This document shows positions 9,128-18,919 of a DNA stretch of 35,086 nt, one piece after another. Numbering within the stretch: the first letter of the stretch is position 1; the number at the start of each line of letters is the position of its first letter. A model generated the notes under the pieces. The model made no database searches and was not told the DNA's origin. It saw only the letters and a list, made by a program, of their open reading frames with translations. This DNA is from Promethearchaeota archaeon (GTDB lineage Archaea; Asgardarchaeota; Lokiarchaeia; Sigyniarchaeales; SOKP01): contig JBHLMP010000041.1 in assembly GCA_048938025.1 (NCBI GenBank), positions 1 through 35,086 on the forward strand, in the 5' to 3' direction. The translations under genes and the position numbers were made by a program.

Positions 9128-10723
9128 ATGAGTTTGGGGTATTTTGGTTTAGTATTGCATGGTCATATTCCATGGTGTAAAAAGTCCGGAACTTGGCCTG
9201 CAGGTGAAGAATGGCTCATGGAAGCTATGAATGAAACATATATTCCAATGCTCAATGTTTTAAGAGATTCAAAAGAAAGGGGAATCAAAACAGCTATAAC
9301 AATAAATATTACTCCTATCTTGGCAGAACAGCTTGCCGATGATTATATGAAGCAGCGATTTTCAGAATATATGGAAAATTTAATCTCAAAGGTAAAAAAT
9401 GATATTAAAAGATTTGAAGATCATCCTAAACGAAGAAGAATTGCTGAATTTTATTTAAGAAATTTTGAACATGTATTAGACACATTTTATCATGACTATT
9501 ATAGAGATATTTTAGGAAGTCTTAAATGGCTTCAAGATGAGGGGATGATTGAATTAATCACATGTGGAGCAACACACGGTTTTTTACCACTGTTTGAGAG
9601 TGAATCTGGTATTTTTTCTCAAATTCAATTAGCTGTAGATACTCATAAGAAGTATTTTCAAAGAGAACCAAGAGGTATATGGCTTCCTGAATGTGCTTAT
9701 CGACCTAAAGAATATAAAGAAGGCAAAATTCGAGAGAGTATTGATTATTGGTTGAATAATTCTGGTATTGAATACTTTTTTGTTGATTCACATGGAATTT
9801 TAGATGCTGAAACAATTGAGCAGAAGAATAACATTGGATTAACTACTAATTTTGGTTATAATTTAGAGAGTGGTGTGTCAGTATTTGGCAGAAATAAGAA
9901 TACAAGTAGACAAGTTTGGGATTCAAAAATAGGATATCCCGGAAACGAATATTATAGAGAATTTCATAAAAAAGATCATGAATCTGGTTTGCATTATTGG
10001 AGAATCACTAATAAAGAATTAGGAAAAAGTGAGAAACAATTATATAATATTGAAAAGGCAGAAGAAGTAGTTGAATCTCATGCAAATCATTTTGTTTCAT
10101 TTATTACCGAAGAGTTAAGACAATTCGCAGAAAAATTTAAATCAAAAGGGATCATAGTCTCTCCTTACGATTTTGAACTTTATGGGCATTGGTGGATGGA
10201 GGGGATATTATTGTTAAGTAAAGTTTTTGAAATAATTCATAACTATGAAAATATAGAAATGATTACTTTTTCTAATTACATTTCTAAATATAAAAATAAT
10301 TTTTCAAAAATTAGAATGAAAGAAAGTAGCTGGGGTGAAGGAGGTCACTTTCAAGTTTGGAAAAGTCCTGAACATGGTTGGATTTGGCCATATATTAATG
10401 GATCAATTAAAGAGTTTGAGAATGTTTTAGAAGTTAACCCTAATCCAAATCATTGGGAAAGAGAGATTTTACAACAAACAGCCAGAGAATTATTATTAAT
10501 GGAAGGAAGCGATTGGCCATTTCTATTATACACTAAGCAAGCAAAAGAATATGCTAATCAAAGATTTCATCATCATCATCAAAGGTTTAATAAACTAATT
10601 TGGCAAGCTAAGGACTTTAATGATAAAAATAGACTTACCTTAAGAGATTTGGAAGAAATAGAAACAATAGATAGTTGCTTTCAAAATATTGATATTAATT
10701 ATTTCAGAAAAATTACAAAATGA
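9128..10723 (+). CDS. GH57 1,4-alpha-glucan branching enzyme (with DUF1957)
   Basis: GH57 conserved regions: 'HGHIPW', 'ETYIP', 'THGFLPL', 'GIWLPECAY', 'PYDFELYGHWWMEG', 'SSWGEGG', 'ELLLMEGSDWPF'. Confidence 0.92.
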   Translation: MSLGYFGLVLHGHIPWCKKSGTWPAGEEWLMEAMNETYIPMLNVLRDSKERGIKTAITINITPILAEQLADDYMKQRFSEYMENLISKVKNDIKRFEDHPKRRRIAEFYLRNFEHVLDTFYHDYYRDILGSLKWLQDEGMIELITCGATHGFLPLFESESGIFSQIQLAVDTHKKYFQREPRGIWLPECAYRPKEYKEGKIRESIDYWLNNSGIEYFFVDSHGILDAETIEQKNNIGLTTNFGYNLESGVSVFGRNKNTSRQVWDSKIGYPGNEYYREFHKKDHESGLHYWRITNKELGKSEKQLYNIEKAEEVVESHANHFVSFITEELRQFAEKFKSKGIIVSPYDFELYGHWWMEGILLLSKVFEIIHNYENIEMITFSNYISKYKNNFSKIRMKESSWGEGGHFQVWKSPEHGWIWPYINGSIKEFENVLEVNPNPNHWEREILQQTARELLLMEGSDWPFLLYTKQAKEYANQRFHHHHQRFNKLIWQAKDFNDKNRLTLRDLEEIETIDSCFQNIDINYFRKITK

Positions 10724-11261
10724 ATATTGCTGCCGCTAATACAGATGCCCATTCATCTTCTTCTTTAACTGTTGCACTAGCAGTTATACTCTTTGTTTCT
10801 ACTATTTTCCCTCCCATTTTAAAGACTTCTCTTTTCTCATCGTAATTAGCATCTGGATCAAAAGGAATTCCTAAGGTTGTTGCCAACATTTCTGCTGCTA
10901 AATCTTCAGCTATGTCAGCAACTTTATCAGGTTTTACTCCAAAAGAGTGATGTTCACTTAGATACCCATATTGTCCTTTATCAGCCGGTTTTGCTACTCC
11001 TATAGAAGCACATATCAGTCGATTGTACTCATTAGATTCGGCTCTGGCGATAACTGTATATACAATTTGACCAGGACGTAGTTGTTTTAAACCATCTTCT
11101 TTATTAATTTCAATACAATAAGGTGGTAATATTGAGGAGACATTAACTAAATTAAATTTTTCAATATTTGCGTCTCTAAGAGCTTGTTCAAAAGCAGATA
11201 ACTTGATTTTATGAAATCCTTTACCTTTGACGAAAAATACTTTCTTTGGGACGAGTGACAT
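10713..11261 (-). CDS. pdaD: Pyruvoyl-dependent arginine decarboxylase
   Basis: 'SAFEQALRDANIEKFNLVNVSSILPP' with Ser-Ser self-cleavage site, and 'YGYLSEHH'. Confidence 0.93.
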   Translation of the reverse strand: MSLVPKKVFFVKGKGFHKIKLSAFEQALRDANIEKFNLVNVSSILPPYCIEINKEDGLKQLRPGQIVYTVIARAESNEYNRLICASIGVAKPADKGQYGYLSEHHSFGVKPDKVADIAEDLAAEMLATTLGIPFDPDANYDEKREVFKMGGKIVETKSITASATVKEEDEWASVLAAAIFIL

Positions 11262-11612
11262 CTTTCATTTGTGAATTAATTTTCGATAATAGTTAATATA
11301 ATAAAAAATTCTATAATTATTTAAATTTATTCAAATTGTAAAAATATAACAAACACTTATATGATAAAGGATTAATACTTTTATCAATTTGATAATAAGT
11401 ATAATATGGTTATTTTCATAAGAATTATTCGCAACCTTTTAGAAGTTTCTTAATAATAAATGAATAAAATGTCTTTATTTATTTGAAAGTACTATTATAG
11501 AAATTTTATACCTTTTTATAATGGAAGTATTTATTAATTTAATGATTATACTCTATTTTTTATAGAAATAATTTAGATTTATTTATAAAATTTCAACCAT
11601 TAATTTTTATGT

Positions 11613-12602
11613 ATGAATGAAAAGAATAAAGAAGAATACTTAATTGAAAAAATTATACCATTTAATGTGAAGAAAATAAAAAATGTCGAGGATTTATTAA
11701 ACTCATTAAAAAAATGTGGATTTCAAGGGAGAAATTTAGGAAAAGCTCTTGATCTTCTTTATAAGATGGTCTCAGATGATAAGATTTTAACAGTTTTAGC
11801 ACTTTCGGGAGCTATGGTCCCTGCTGGTATGGGAGATTTAATATGTGTTTTAATTGAAAATAGACTTATTGATGTTTTAATTACTACAGGAGCAAATACT
11901 ATTCATGATTTAGTAGATGTTGCAACTGATGTAGGACATTATATTGGAAGCTATAATGTGGATGATGACGAGTTATTTAAAGCCCGAATTAATCGAATTT
12001 ACGATACTTTTCTTCCAGAAAATAACTATAAACAAGCAGAAGAGATTTTATTAAAAATAATACATGAAATTTTTGAAGAAAAGGAAATTTATATCACTCC
12101 ATCTGATCTCATGAAAAAAGTTGGTGAGAAAATCGAAAAAAGGTGCATACTTTCCCAAGCAGCAAAATATAATATTCCTATTTTTGTACCAGCTTTCTCT
12201 GACTCTGAATTTGCATTAGATTTAATAAAATATTCAGTAAGAGAAGGTTATAAATTCAATTTTGATATTTTTGGTGATGTACTTAAATTTGCTGATATCA
12301 TAAAGAGTTCAAAAGAATACGGCACCTTTATTATTGGAGGAGGTGTTCCAAGAAATTGGGCTCAACAAGTCTTTCCTTTACTTGATCAAATCAATGAGAT
12401 TAATACAATGGGATATAATTATTCTGTTAGGATACATACAGCAACAGAATATGATGGAGGTCTTTCCGGTTGCACAGTATCTGAATCAAAATCATGGGGT
12501 AAATATTCACTTGAATCTAGATACGTTAGTGTATGGTGTGATGCAACTATTGCATTACCTATTTTGATTACTGGTTTATTACAACGTTTAAAGATTATAT
12601 AA
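11613..12602 (+). CDS. Deoxyhypusine synthase family protein (copy 1)
   Basis: 'GFQGRNLG', 'SGAMVPAGM', 'TTGANTIHD', 'RINRIYD', 'GGGVPRNW', 'DGGLSG...ESKSWGK' (catalytic Lys), 'DATIALP'. Confidence 0.92.
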   Translation: MNEKNKEEYLIEKIIPFNVKKIKNVEDLLNSLKKCGFQGRNLGKALDLLYKMVSDDKILTVLALSGAMVPAGMGDLICVLIENRLIDVLITTGANTIHDLVDVATDVGHYIGSYNVDDDELFKARINRIYDTFLPENNYKQAEEILLKIIHEIFEEKEIYITPSDLMKKVGEKIEKRCILSQAAKYNIPIFVPAFSDSEFALDLIKYSVREGYKFNFDIFGDVLKFADIIKSSKEYGTFIIGGGVPRNWAQQVFPLLDQINEINTMGYNYSVRIHTATEYDGGLSGCTVSESKSWGKYSLESRYVSVWCDATIALPILITGLLQRLKII

Positions 12603-12641
12603 TTCTAAAATTTTTAAAAGACTTAGCCTTTAATTTAATAT

Positions 12642-13643
12642 ATGAAACATCATAACAAAAAAGACTATTTAATAAAAAAAATCATTCCTTATGATGTCAA
12701 AAAGATAAACAATCTTGATGATTTATTAACTGCTTTGAAATATTGTGGCTTCCAAGGAAGAAATTTAGGTAAAGCACTTGATATTCTTTATAAAATGGTA
12801 ACTGATAAAGAATGTCTTACTATATTAACTCTTTCAGGCGCTATGGTACCAGCTGGGATGGGAAATCTAATATGCTGTTTAATTGAATATGAGTTAATTG
12901 ATGTATTAGTGTCAACAGGAGCTAATATTACTCATGATTTCATCGATGCGGTTTTAAATGGGGGACATTATAGTGGAGGTCATCAAGTTGATGATAACGA
13001 GTTATTTAAACAAAGAATTAATCGAATTTATGATGTTTTTCTCCCAGAAGATAATTATGATAAAGCTGAAAAGGAATTATTAAAAATATTAAATAAGGTG
13101 TTTCCTACTAAAGATTTTGAAATATTACCATCAGAATTTTTTAGAATTATAGGAAAGGAAATCAAAAATAAATGTATATTATCAACAGCAGCAAAAAAAA
13201 AAATTCCTATATTTGTTCCTGCTATTTCTGATTCTGAATTTGCGTTAGATTTAATTAAATTTACGGTGACAGAAGGTTATGACATTGATTTCCGTGTTTT
13301 AAGAGATGTAAAAAAATTTGCTAATATAATTAGGACCGCAACATCATGTGGTACAATTATCATTGGTGGAGGAGTTCCAAGAAATTGGGCGCAACAAATT
13401 TATCCTTACATTGAAAATATTGAACGATTAACAAGAAAAGACTATGAATTTGGATACAAATATTCTGTTAGGATTCATACTGCAACAGAATATGATGGAG
13501 GATTATCTGGTTGTACAATTTCAGAATCAAAATCTTGGGGTAAATATTCTTCAGATTCGAAATATGTAAGTGTGTGGTGTGATGCAACAATAGCCTTGCC
13601 TATTCTTATAACAGGATTATTACAACGATTAAAGATCATTTAA
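12642..13643 (+). CDS. Deoxyhypusine synthase family protein (copy 2, tandem paralogue)
   Basis: Same motifs as copy 1, including SWGK; identical C-terminus 'YVSVWCDATIALPILITGLLQRLKII'. Confidence 0.92.
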   Translation: MKHHNKKDYLIKKIIPYDVKKINNLDDLLTALKYCGFQGRNLGKALDILYKMVTDKECLTILTLSGAMVPAGMGNLICCLIEYELIDVLVSTGANITHDFIDAVLNGGHYSGGHQVDDNELFKQRINRIYDVFLPEDNYDKAEKELLKILNKVFPTKDFEILPSEFFRIIGKEIKNKCILSTAAKKKIPIFVPAISDSEFALDLIKFTVTEGYDIDFRVLRDVKKFANIIRTATSCGTIIIGGGVPRNWAQQIYPYIENIERLTRKDYEFGYKYSVRIHTATEYDGGLSGCTISESKSWGKYSSDSKYVSVWCDATIALPILITGLLQRLKII

Positions 13644-13649
13644 TTTTTC

Positions 13650-14948
13650 TTATACGTCTTCTAACTCTATTAGATTTTCTAATTCTTTGAACGCTATCTT
13701 TTGTTTTTCATCATCAAGTAAGCAATCCGTTACTTTCCAAAATCGATATTCATGATTAAGATAAGCAAGACATCTTTCTCTTATTTCCTGAGGACAATCT
13801 GTTATTTGCCAGCATTGAAAATTAGCTTTTTCAAAAAACCTATGAAATTTTTTTGGCAATTTTTTATAATTAAATTTAGTTTCTCTAATGTACTGGTCTA
13901 AATCATTTGAATTATAACTGTTCCAAAAGAGAACAGTTTTATTTTTATTCTCTTCTTTTTCGAGAAAATCAAACATAGCTGCCATCGCTTTTCCAGTATA
14001 TGTAGTTTCCAAATTAAATCCTCTCTCTTTTCCTTCTAATTCAAATACAATATCTACAGCTTTTTGCCCCTTAATAGTTTTAACTCCATATCCAGATCCT
14101 AAATAGCCCTTTATTAATTCAAAATCATCTTTAATAATCTTGAATTTAGGGAAACTTTCATCTTTTTTATATAAATATTTAAGACCTTTATTAGCATTTC
14201 TAACTATATTAGAAGGATTAGCAATGAAATTTTTATACACTGCTACTGCATAAACTTTTGTTTTAAGTTCTAGTAATTTACAACCTGCTATTAATCCTGC
14301 CGCTGTTCCTGTAGTACCAGTTGCAATAAAAATTATATCCGGTTCAGAGATTTGTCCTTTTTCAATTTGTTCATTTAATTCTAAAATTGCCTCTATGAAA
14401 CCAACCATTCCTAAGGGAGTCCCTCTTCCAAACAAAACGGATCCTCCTGGAAGGATAAAATCATATTTCCGGTGGAAAATCCAAAAAAATAAAGCTTTAA
14501 TAAACATAGTTATATCTGTTTTCCCTAGATGGAGCTTTGCATTAAAATAATTAAATAATAATAAGGAACGTTGTACCTGCCAATTAAGAGGTTGCTGATA
14601 AAGAAATAAATCACATTTTAAAGGGGGATTCAAATTATTGCAAACTATTACAGAAGCTAACCCGTGGTGTGTTCCAATCCCTCCATAAGTCACAATAGCT
14701 TTTTTCTTCTTCTTTTTAATGGTGTTTCCAAAGATGAATTCAAACTTCCGGAGTTTATTACCTCCATAAATTTGATGATTTTTATCGTCTCGTTTAATGT
14801 AAATTTTACCCTCTTTTAAATTAACATACTTTTCTAGTTTAGTTAATCTTTCTACAGGTGTAGGCACATTAGTAAGTAGAGGTATCCAAGGAACTTTTTC
14901 CTTAAGATTAGGATATTTTTTAAATAAGAGAGGTTCTTCTCGTTCCAT
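13650..14948 (-). CDS. PLP-dependent D-cysteine desulfhydrase / ACC deaminase family enzyme with Cys-rich C-terminal extension
   Basis: 'IKRDD...YGGNKLRKFEF' (PLP lysine), 'ATGTTGTAAGL', 'LETTYTGKA'. Confidence 0.88.
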   Translation of the reverse strand: MEREEPLLFKKYPNLKEKVPWIPLLTNVPTPVERLTKLEKYVNLKEGKIYIKRDDKNHQIYGGNKLRKFEFIFGNTIKKKKKKAIVTYGGIGTHHGLASVIVCNNLNPPLKCDLFLYQQPLNWQVQRSLLLFNYFNAKLHLGKTDITMFIKALFFWIFHRKYDFILPGGSVLFGRGTPLGMVGFIEAILELNEQIEKGQISEPDIIFIATGTTGTAAGLIAGCKLLELKTKVYAVAVYKNFIANPSNIVRNANKGLKYLYKKDESFPKFKIIKDDFELIKGYLGSGYGVKTIKGQKAVDIVFELEGKERGFNLETTYTGKAMAAMFDFLEKEENKNKTVLFWNSYNSNDLDQYIRETKFNYKKLPKKFHRFFEKANFQCWQITDCPQEIRERCLAYLNHEYRFWKVTDCLLDDEKQKIAFKELENLIELEDV

Positions 14949-15014
14949 ACTGGTTAGAATATTGAATCAATAAAAATATTTTATAACGAGAAAAATACAA
15001 TTTTGTTTATAGAT

Positions 15015-15794
15015 TTAATGCTTTTTTTTTTCTTTGACAAATTTTTCAAGCCTCTGCTTCAGTTCTTCAGATTGACCTGTTAATATCATCGCTCGTAATT
15101 CCTTGGCCAGCACTGATTCAATAGTGTCATCTTGGTTTTCATTTATCAATTTTTTAGCCCACTTGAGAGCTAAATGATCTTTTTGTACTATTGAATTTGC
15201 AGTCCTTCTAAGAATCCTTTTCAGCTCTTCAGGTTTGCATACCTGGTTTACTAATCCAATATTAAGAGCCTCTTCAGCATTAATTTCTGTACCTAGATAC
15301 AATAATTGTTTTGCTCGACCTTCACCGATAATTCTTGGTAATAATTTAGTAGAGGCATTAGAAAAAAAAAGCCCTACGCCTAGTTCTGGAAGCATTATCC
15401 TTGTATCATTTGCTGCGATTCTTAAATCACAATATAATAACTGTTCAAAACCTCCCCCAATAACCCAACCATGAACACCTGCAATAATCACTCCTGGATG
15501 AGCTATCATAGCTCTTGTTAAATTTTGAAAGGATTCCAAAAACTCTATAGCTTCAGCTAATCTTTCTCTACTTGTAAGTAGATCATATCCATATTTCAAG
15601 TCAGCACCAACAGTGAAATGCTTCCCATTAGCTGCATAAATAACACAAACGTCATTATTCTCAGCACTTTTTTTAAAAGCGTTAATCAATTCTTTAAGAG
15701 TCACCAAATCTAAGGTATTTCGCTGTTCTGGTTTGTTTAGTGTTATTTTTCCAATATCTCCTTGTTTTTCATATAAGATGATATCTTCCAACAA
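15015..15794 (-). CDS. Enoyl-CoA hydratase/isomerase (crotonase) family
   Basis: 'ITLNKPEQRN', 'FTVGADL', 'GGGFEQLLYCDLRIA', 'LPELGVG'. Confidence 0.92.
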   Translation of the reverse strand: MLEDIILYEKQGDIGKITLNKPEQRNTLDLVTLKELINAFKKSAENNDVCVIYAANGKHFTVGADLKYGYDLLTSRERLAEAIEFLESFQNLTRAMIAHPGVIIAGVHGWVIGGGFEQLLYCDLRIAANDTRIMLPELGVGLFFSNASTKLLPRIIGEGRAKQLLYLGTEINAEEALNIGLVNQVCKPEELKRILRRTANSIVQKDHLALKWAKKLINENQDDTIESVLAKELRAMILTGQSEELKQRLEKFVKEKKKH

Positions 15795-16021
15795 TCAAAC
15801 CTCCATATCAGATTTATTATGAATAAAAAGTTCTTATTTAAGAAATTATTTTTTTTATCCAAAATTTAATTATCAATGCTCCAAAAACAAATTGTAAAAG
15901 AATTTAAGTTAGTTTAATCCAATATCAAATCTTATTTATAATATTATTATCTACTTTTATTATTAATCAAATAAAATCTAAAATAACAATTTTTTTGTAT
16001 TGTTTTATATAGTGATGTAAT

Positions 16022-17545
16022 ATGGTTTTAGAGAAGTTGAAACCAACAATTGTTTGGAATATTTTTGAAAATGTCGTTGCTAGTACCCCTAGACCCTCCA
16101 AACATGAAGAAAAAATTCGCAATAAGATTAAGGATTGGATATTTGAGCAAAAAAGAACATCTAATATTAATTTTAAAATTTATGAAGATAATGTTGGAAA
16201 TTTATTAATTAAGAGACCCGCTTCTAAAGGAATGGAGTTAATTCCTTCTATTTTACTTCAAGGGCATCTAGATATGATATGCGTCACAGAACGACCAGAA
16301 GGGTATAAATTTTTTGAAAAGGGGATTCCATTACGAATCCAAGAAAATAATGAGTGGGTAGATGCTGATGAAACAACATTAGGAGCAGATAACGGTATAG
16401 GAATAGCATTAGCACTTTCTATTTTAATAGAAAAAGAAATTGAAGAATCTCATGGTCTTATCGAAGTGCTTTTTACTGTTAATGAGGAAGATGGATTCAC
16501 AGGAGCAACTAATCTTGATGTTAAAACGCTTAATATTACAAGTAAATATATGATAAATTTAGATAGTGGACCGCAAGGAGAAATTATTATAGGGTCTGTT
16601 TGTGGGCGAAGAACCTACTTTAGGAAAAAATTTGAATGGTTAAAACCAAAATCAAAAAAAGATTTATTATTTATTGAACTTGCAATTAGTGGACTTTTGA
16701 GTGGTCATTCTGGAGGGGATATTCATCTTCCTAGAGCAAATGCAAATAAATTAGTAACTAGGATATTATCTGCTATAATTCAAGAAATTGAGTTATATAT
16801 ATGTAATTGGAATGGGGGCATTAAAGGGAATATTATTCCTAGTGAATCTAAAGTAATATTTGCAATTAATTCAAAAGATCGGAACTTATTTGAAAAATTA
16901 ATTGATAAAGAAATTTCCACATATTATGACTATTATAAAAGAAATATATCAAATGCACCCAAATTAGAGTCAAATTTGCAAATTGAATGGAAAATTGTAG
17001 AATCAGAAGATTTTCTATCCTTAAGAGATACAAGAAATATTATTTATACAGCAAACATCATTCCTCATGGAGTTATTCGTAATTCTCCTTTTTTTGAGAA
17101 CTTTGTAGAGACTTCAAATAATTTTGCAACTGTCAAAACAGAAGATAATGAGATTGAATTTCAATTATATCCTCGCAGCATTATACGTACAGAGTTAGAT
17201 AGTTTCTGCCGTAGAATGAGTCACTTAGCAGAGTTAGCAAACTGGCAAATTACATTACGTCCTGTATTACCTGAATGGATACCAAGACCAGAATCAAAGT
17301 TCCTAAATTATGTAAAAGAGCAATATGAAGCTATCTTAAAAAAACCAGTTAAAGTCAATGTAATACATGGAGGATTGGAAACAGGAATGATAAGTAAAAA
17401 AATTCCAGGAATAGATATGATCTCTATTGGGCCCACCATAATAGGGGAACACACAACTAATGAAAAGCTGAAAATCTCTGATGTTGGAATCGTCTTTGAA
17501 TTATTAATTCAGATTATAAAGAATTTTCCAAAATCACAATACTAA
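16022..17545 (+). CDS. pepD: Aminoacyl-histidine dipeptidase (M20C, PepD-like)
   Basis: 'PRPSKHE', 'LQGHLDM', 'TTLGADNGIG', 'NEEDG', 'GHSGGDIH..RANANK', 'HGGLETG', 'SIGP...HT'. Confidence 0.88.
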   Translation: MVLEKLKPTIVWNIFENVVASTPRPSKHEEKIRNKIKDWIFEQKRTSNINFKIYEDNVGNLLIKRPASKGMELIPSILLQGHLDMICVTERPEGYKFFEKGIPLRIQENNEWVDADETTLGADNGIGIALALSILIEKEIEESHGLIEVLFTVNEEDGFTGATNLDVKTLNITSKYMINLDSGPQGEIIIGSVCGRRTYFRKKFEWLKPKSKKDLLFIELAISGLLSGHSGGDIHLPRANANKLVTRILSAIIQEIELYICNWNGGIKGNIIPSESKVIFAINSKDRNLFEKLIDKEISTYYDYYKRNISNAPKLESNLQIEWKIVESEDFLSLRDTRNIIYTANIIPHGVIRNSPFFENFVETSNNFATVKTEDNEIEFQLYPRSIIRTELDSFCRRMSHLAELANWQITLRPVLPEWIPRPESKFLNYVKEQYEAILKKPVKVNVIHGGLETGMISKKIPGIDMISIGPTIIGEHTTNEKLKISDVGIVFELLIQIIKNFPKSQY

Positions 17546-18444
17546 CGTAAAATATAGCCTTTACCTTCTTGTATTACTAATTTGTTTTTAACAAATTTAT
17601 CAAAATGTTTTTTTATCATTATCATTTCAGCAATAATCTCATATTCCTTGAATTCACTATAATATTTATATATAAAATTTTTACCCTTAAAATCTATTAC
17701 CGATATTGGTTTTATCTCAGGAAGCTTTGATAAAATACGCTCATCGCGTTTATAAATTATTGATTTGTATTTGAATAATTCTTCTTTTATCTCTTTTTCA
17801 CCTTCAATTAGTCCTCTATGACCTGTAGCAACCATTCTTATATTCAAATCTATTAATTTATCAATAGATTCTTCAAAATCAATTAAATTTGAGTCAATAC
17901 CAGCATAAAATACAAAATTAGTTAAATCAATATCGGCTAAGAAGGCTATTTTAGAATTCAATTCTAGAAATGAACAATGACCGGCTGTATGCCCTGGAGT
18001 ATGAATTACTTTCAACTCATAATCATTACCGACTTTTATTATCTCATTGTCCGTTAAAGATTTTTTTATTTTAGTATTATCTAATTTGAAGCTTTCCCAA
18101 AGCCATTCAAATTCTTCTTCTGCTGGACTATTTGAGATGCCATAATATTCATAAAATTTATCAACATTCTCTATCAGAAATTTATCTTTTGAATGGATGA
18201 AAAAATTGGCATTAGGTAAAAGCCTATTACCTGAAGTATGATCTTCATGCCAGTGAGAGAGTAAAACATTATTTATAGGAAATTGTCTTTTTAACTTTCT
18301 TAATAATCTACTTGAGATTCCTGTATCAATTAAATAATCATTAATAAGTAATGAGTGTGAGTAAGGATATTTTCCATCTCTTGCGCCTTTTACAAAATAA
18401 AAATTCTTAAACTCATCTGAGAGACGTTCTACAAAATTATCCAT
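17542..18444 (-). CDS. Metallo-beta-lactamase fold hydrolase
   Basis: 'LIDTG', 'SHWHEDH' (HxHxDH), 'HTPGHTAGH', 'ADID', 'TGH'. Confidence 0.9.
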   Translation of the reverse strand: MDNFVERLSDEFKNFYFVKGARDGKYPYSHSLLINDYLIDTGISSRLLRKLKRQFPINNVLLSHWHEDHTSGNRLLPNANFFIHSKDKFLIENVDKFYEYYGISNSPAEEEFEWLWESFKLDNTKIKKSLTDNEIIKVGNDYELKVIHTPGHTAGHCSFLELNSKIAFLADIDLTNFVFYAGIDSNLIDFEESIDKLIDLNIRMVATGHRGLIEGEKEIKEELFKYKSIIYKRDERILSKLPEIKPISVIDFKGKNFIYKYYSEFKEYEIIAEMIMIKKHFDKFVKNKLVIQEGKGYILR

Positions 18445-18609
18445 AGCGACCCTTTAACTCAAGATTTTGAAAGAGTTAAAGGTTTTAAATGTCTTAAATT
18501 TTTGGATTTATTTAATTGGAATTATTGTAGTTTTTAATGTTTTTTAAAAAATCTAAGCTAGTTATTTACATTTAATTAAAAAAATAAAAAAATCGAAGGG
18601 GTCTTTAAA

Positions 18610-18774
18610 ATGCAATATTATTGCCCAAATTGTACGAGCATGAAAAAACCTGAAATAATAAGGTATTTTCCTCCCATAACAGTAAGATGCTCGGATTGTG
18701 GATATATAAATTTTGAAATAAAATTTATTAGGGATGAGAAAACTAAATACACCGCAATTCACTACTCTCATTAA
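18610..18774 (+). CDS. Small zinc-ribbon protein (54 aa), not in the ORF track
   Basis: MQYYCPNCTSMKKPEIIRYFPPITVRCSDCGYINFEIKFIRDEKTKYTAIHYSH*; CxxC-18-CxxC; GAAGGGG upstream; T-rich tract downstream. Confidence 0.7.
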   Translation: MQYYCPNCTSMKKPEIIRYFPPITVRCSDCGYINFEIKFIRDEKTKYTAIHYSH

Positions 18775-18919
18775 TTCTCTTATATTTACTAATTTTTTTT
18801 ATTTTAATTTTATTAAATTTCGATCCAATAATGCTATACATAATTTTTAAAGAAATCTAACAAAGTTATAATTAGTTGGTAAATAATTTTTAATTAAAGT
18901 TTATATTTTTGCTTAATTT

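Noticed and set aside
12334-12567. 77-aa alternative-frame ORF inside DHS copy 1
   Set aside because: Overlaps the conserved catalytic region; no independent support.
11613-13643. DHS duplication as an assembly artefact or mobile-element repeat
   Set aside because: The copies differ extensively at nucleotide and protein level; no transposase or terminal repeats.
18562-18771. 69-aa minus-strand ORF in the track
   Set aside because: Better explained as antisense to the + strand zinc-ribbon microprotein.
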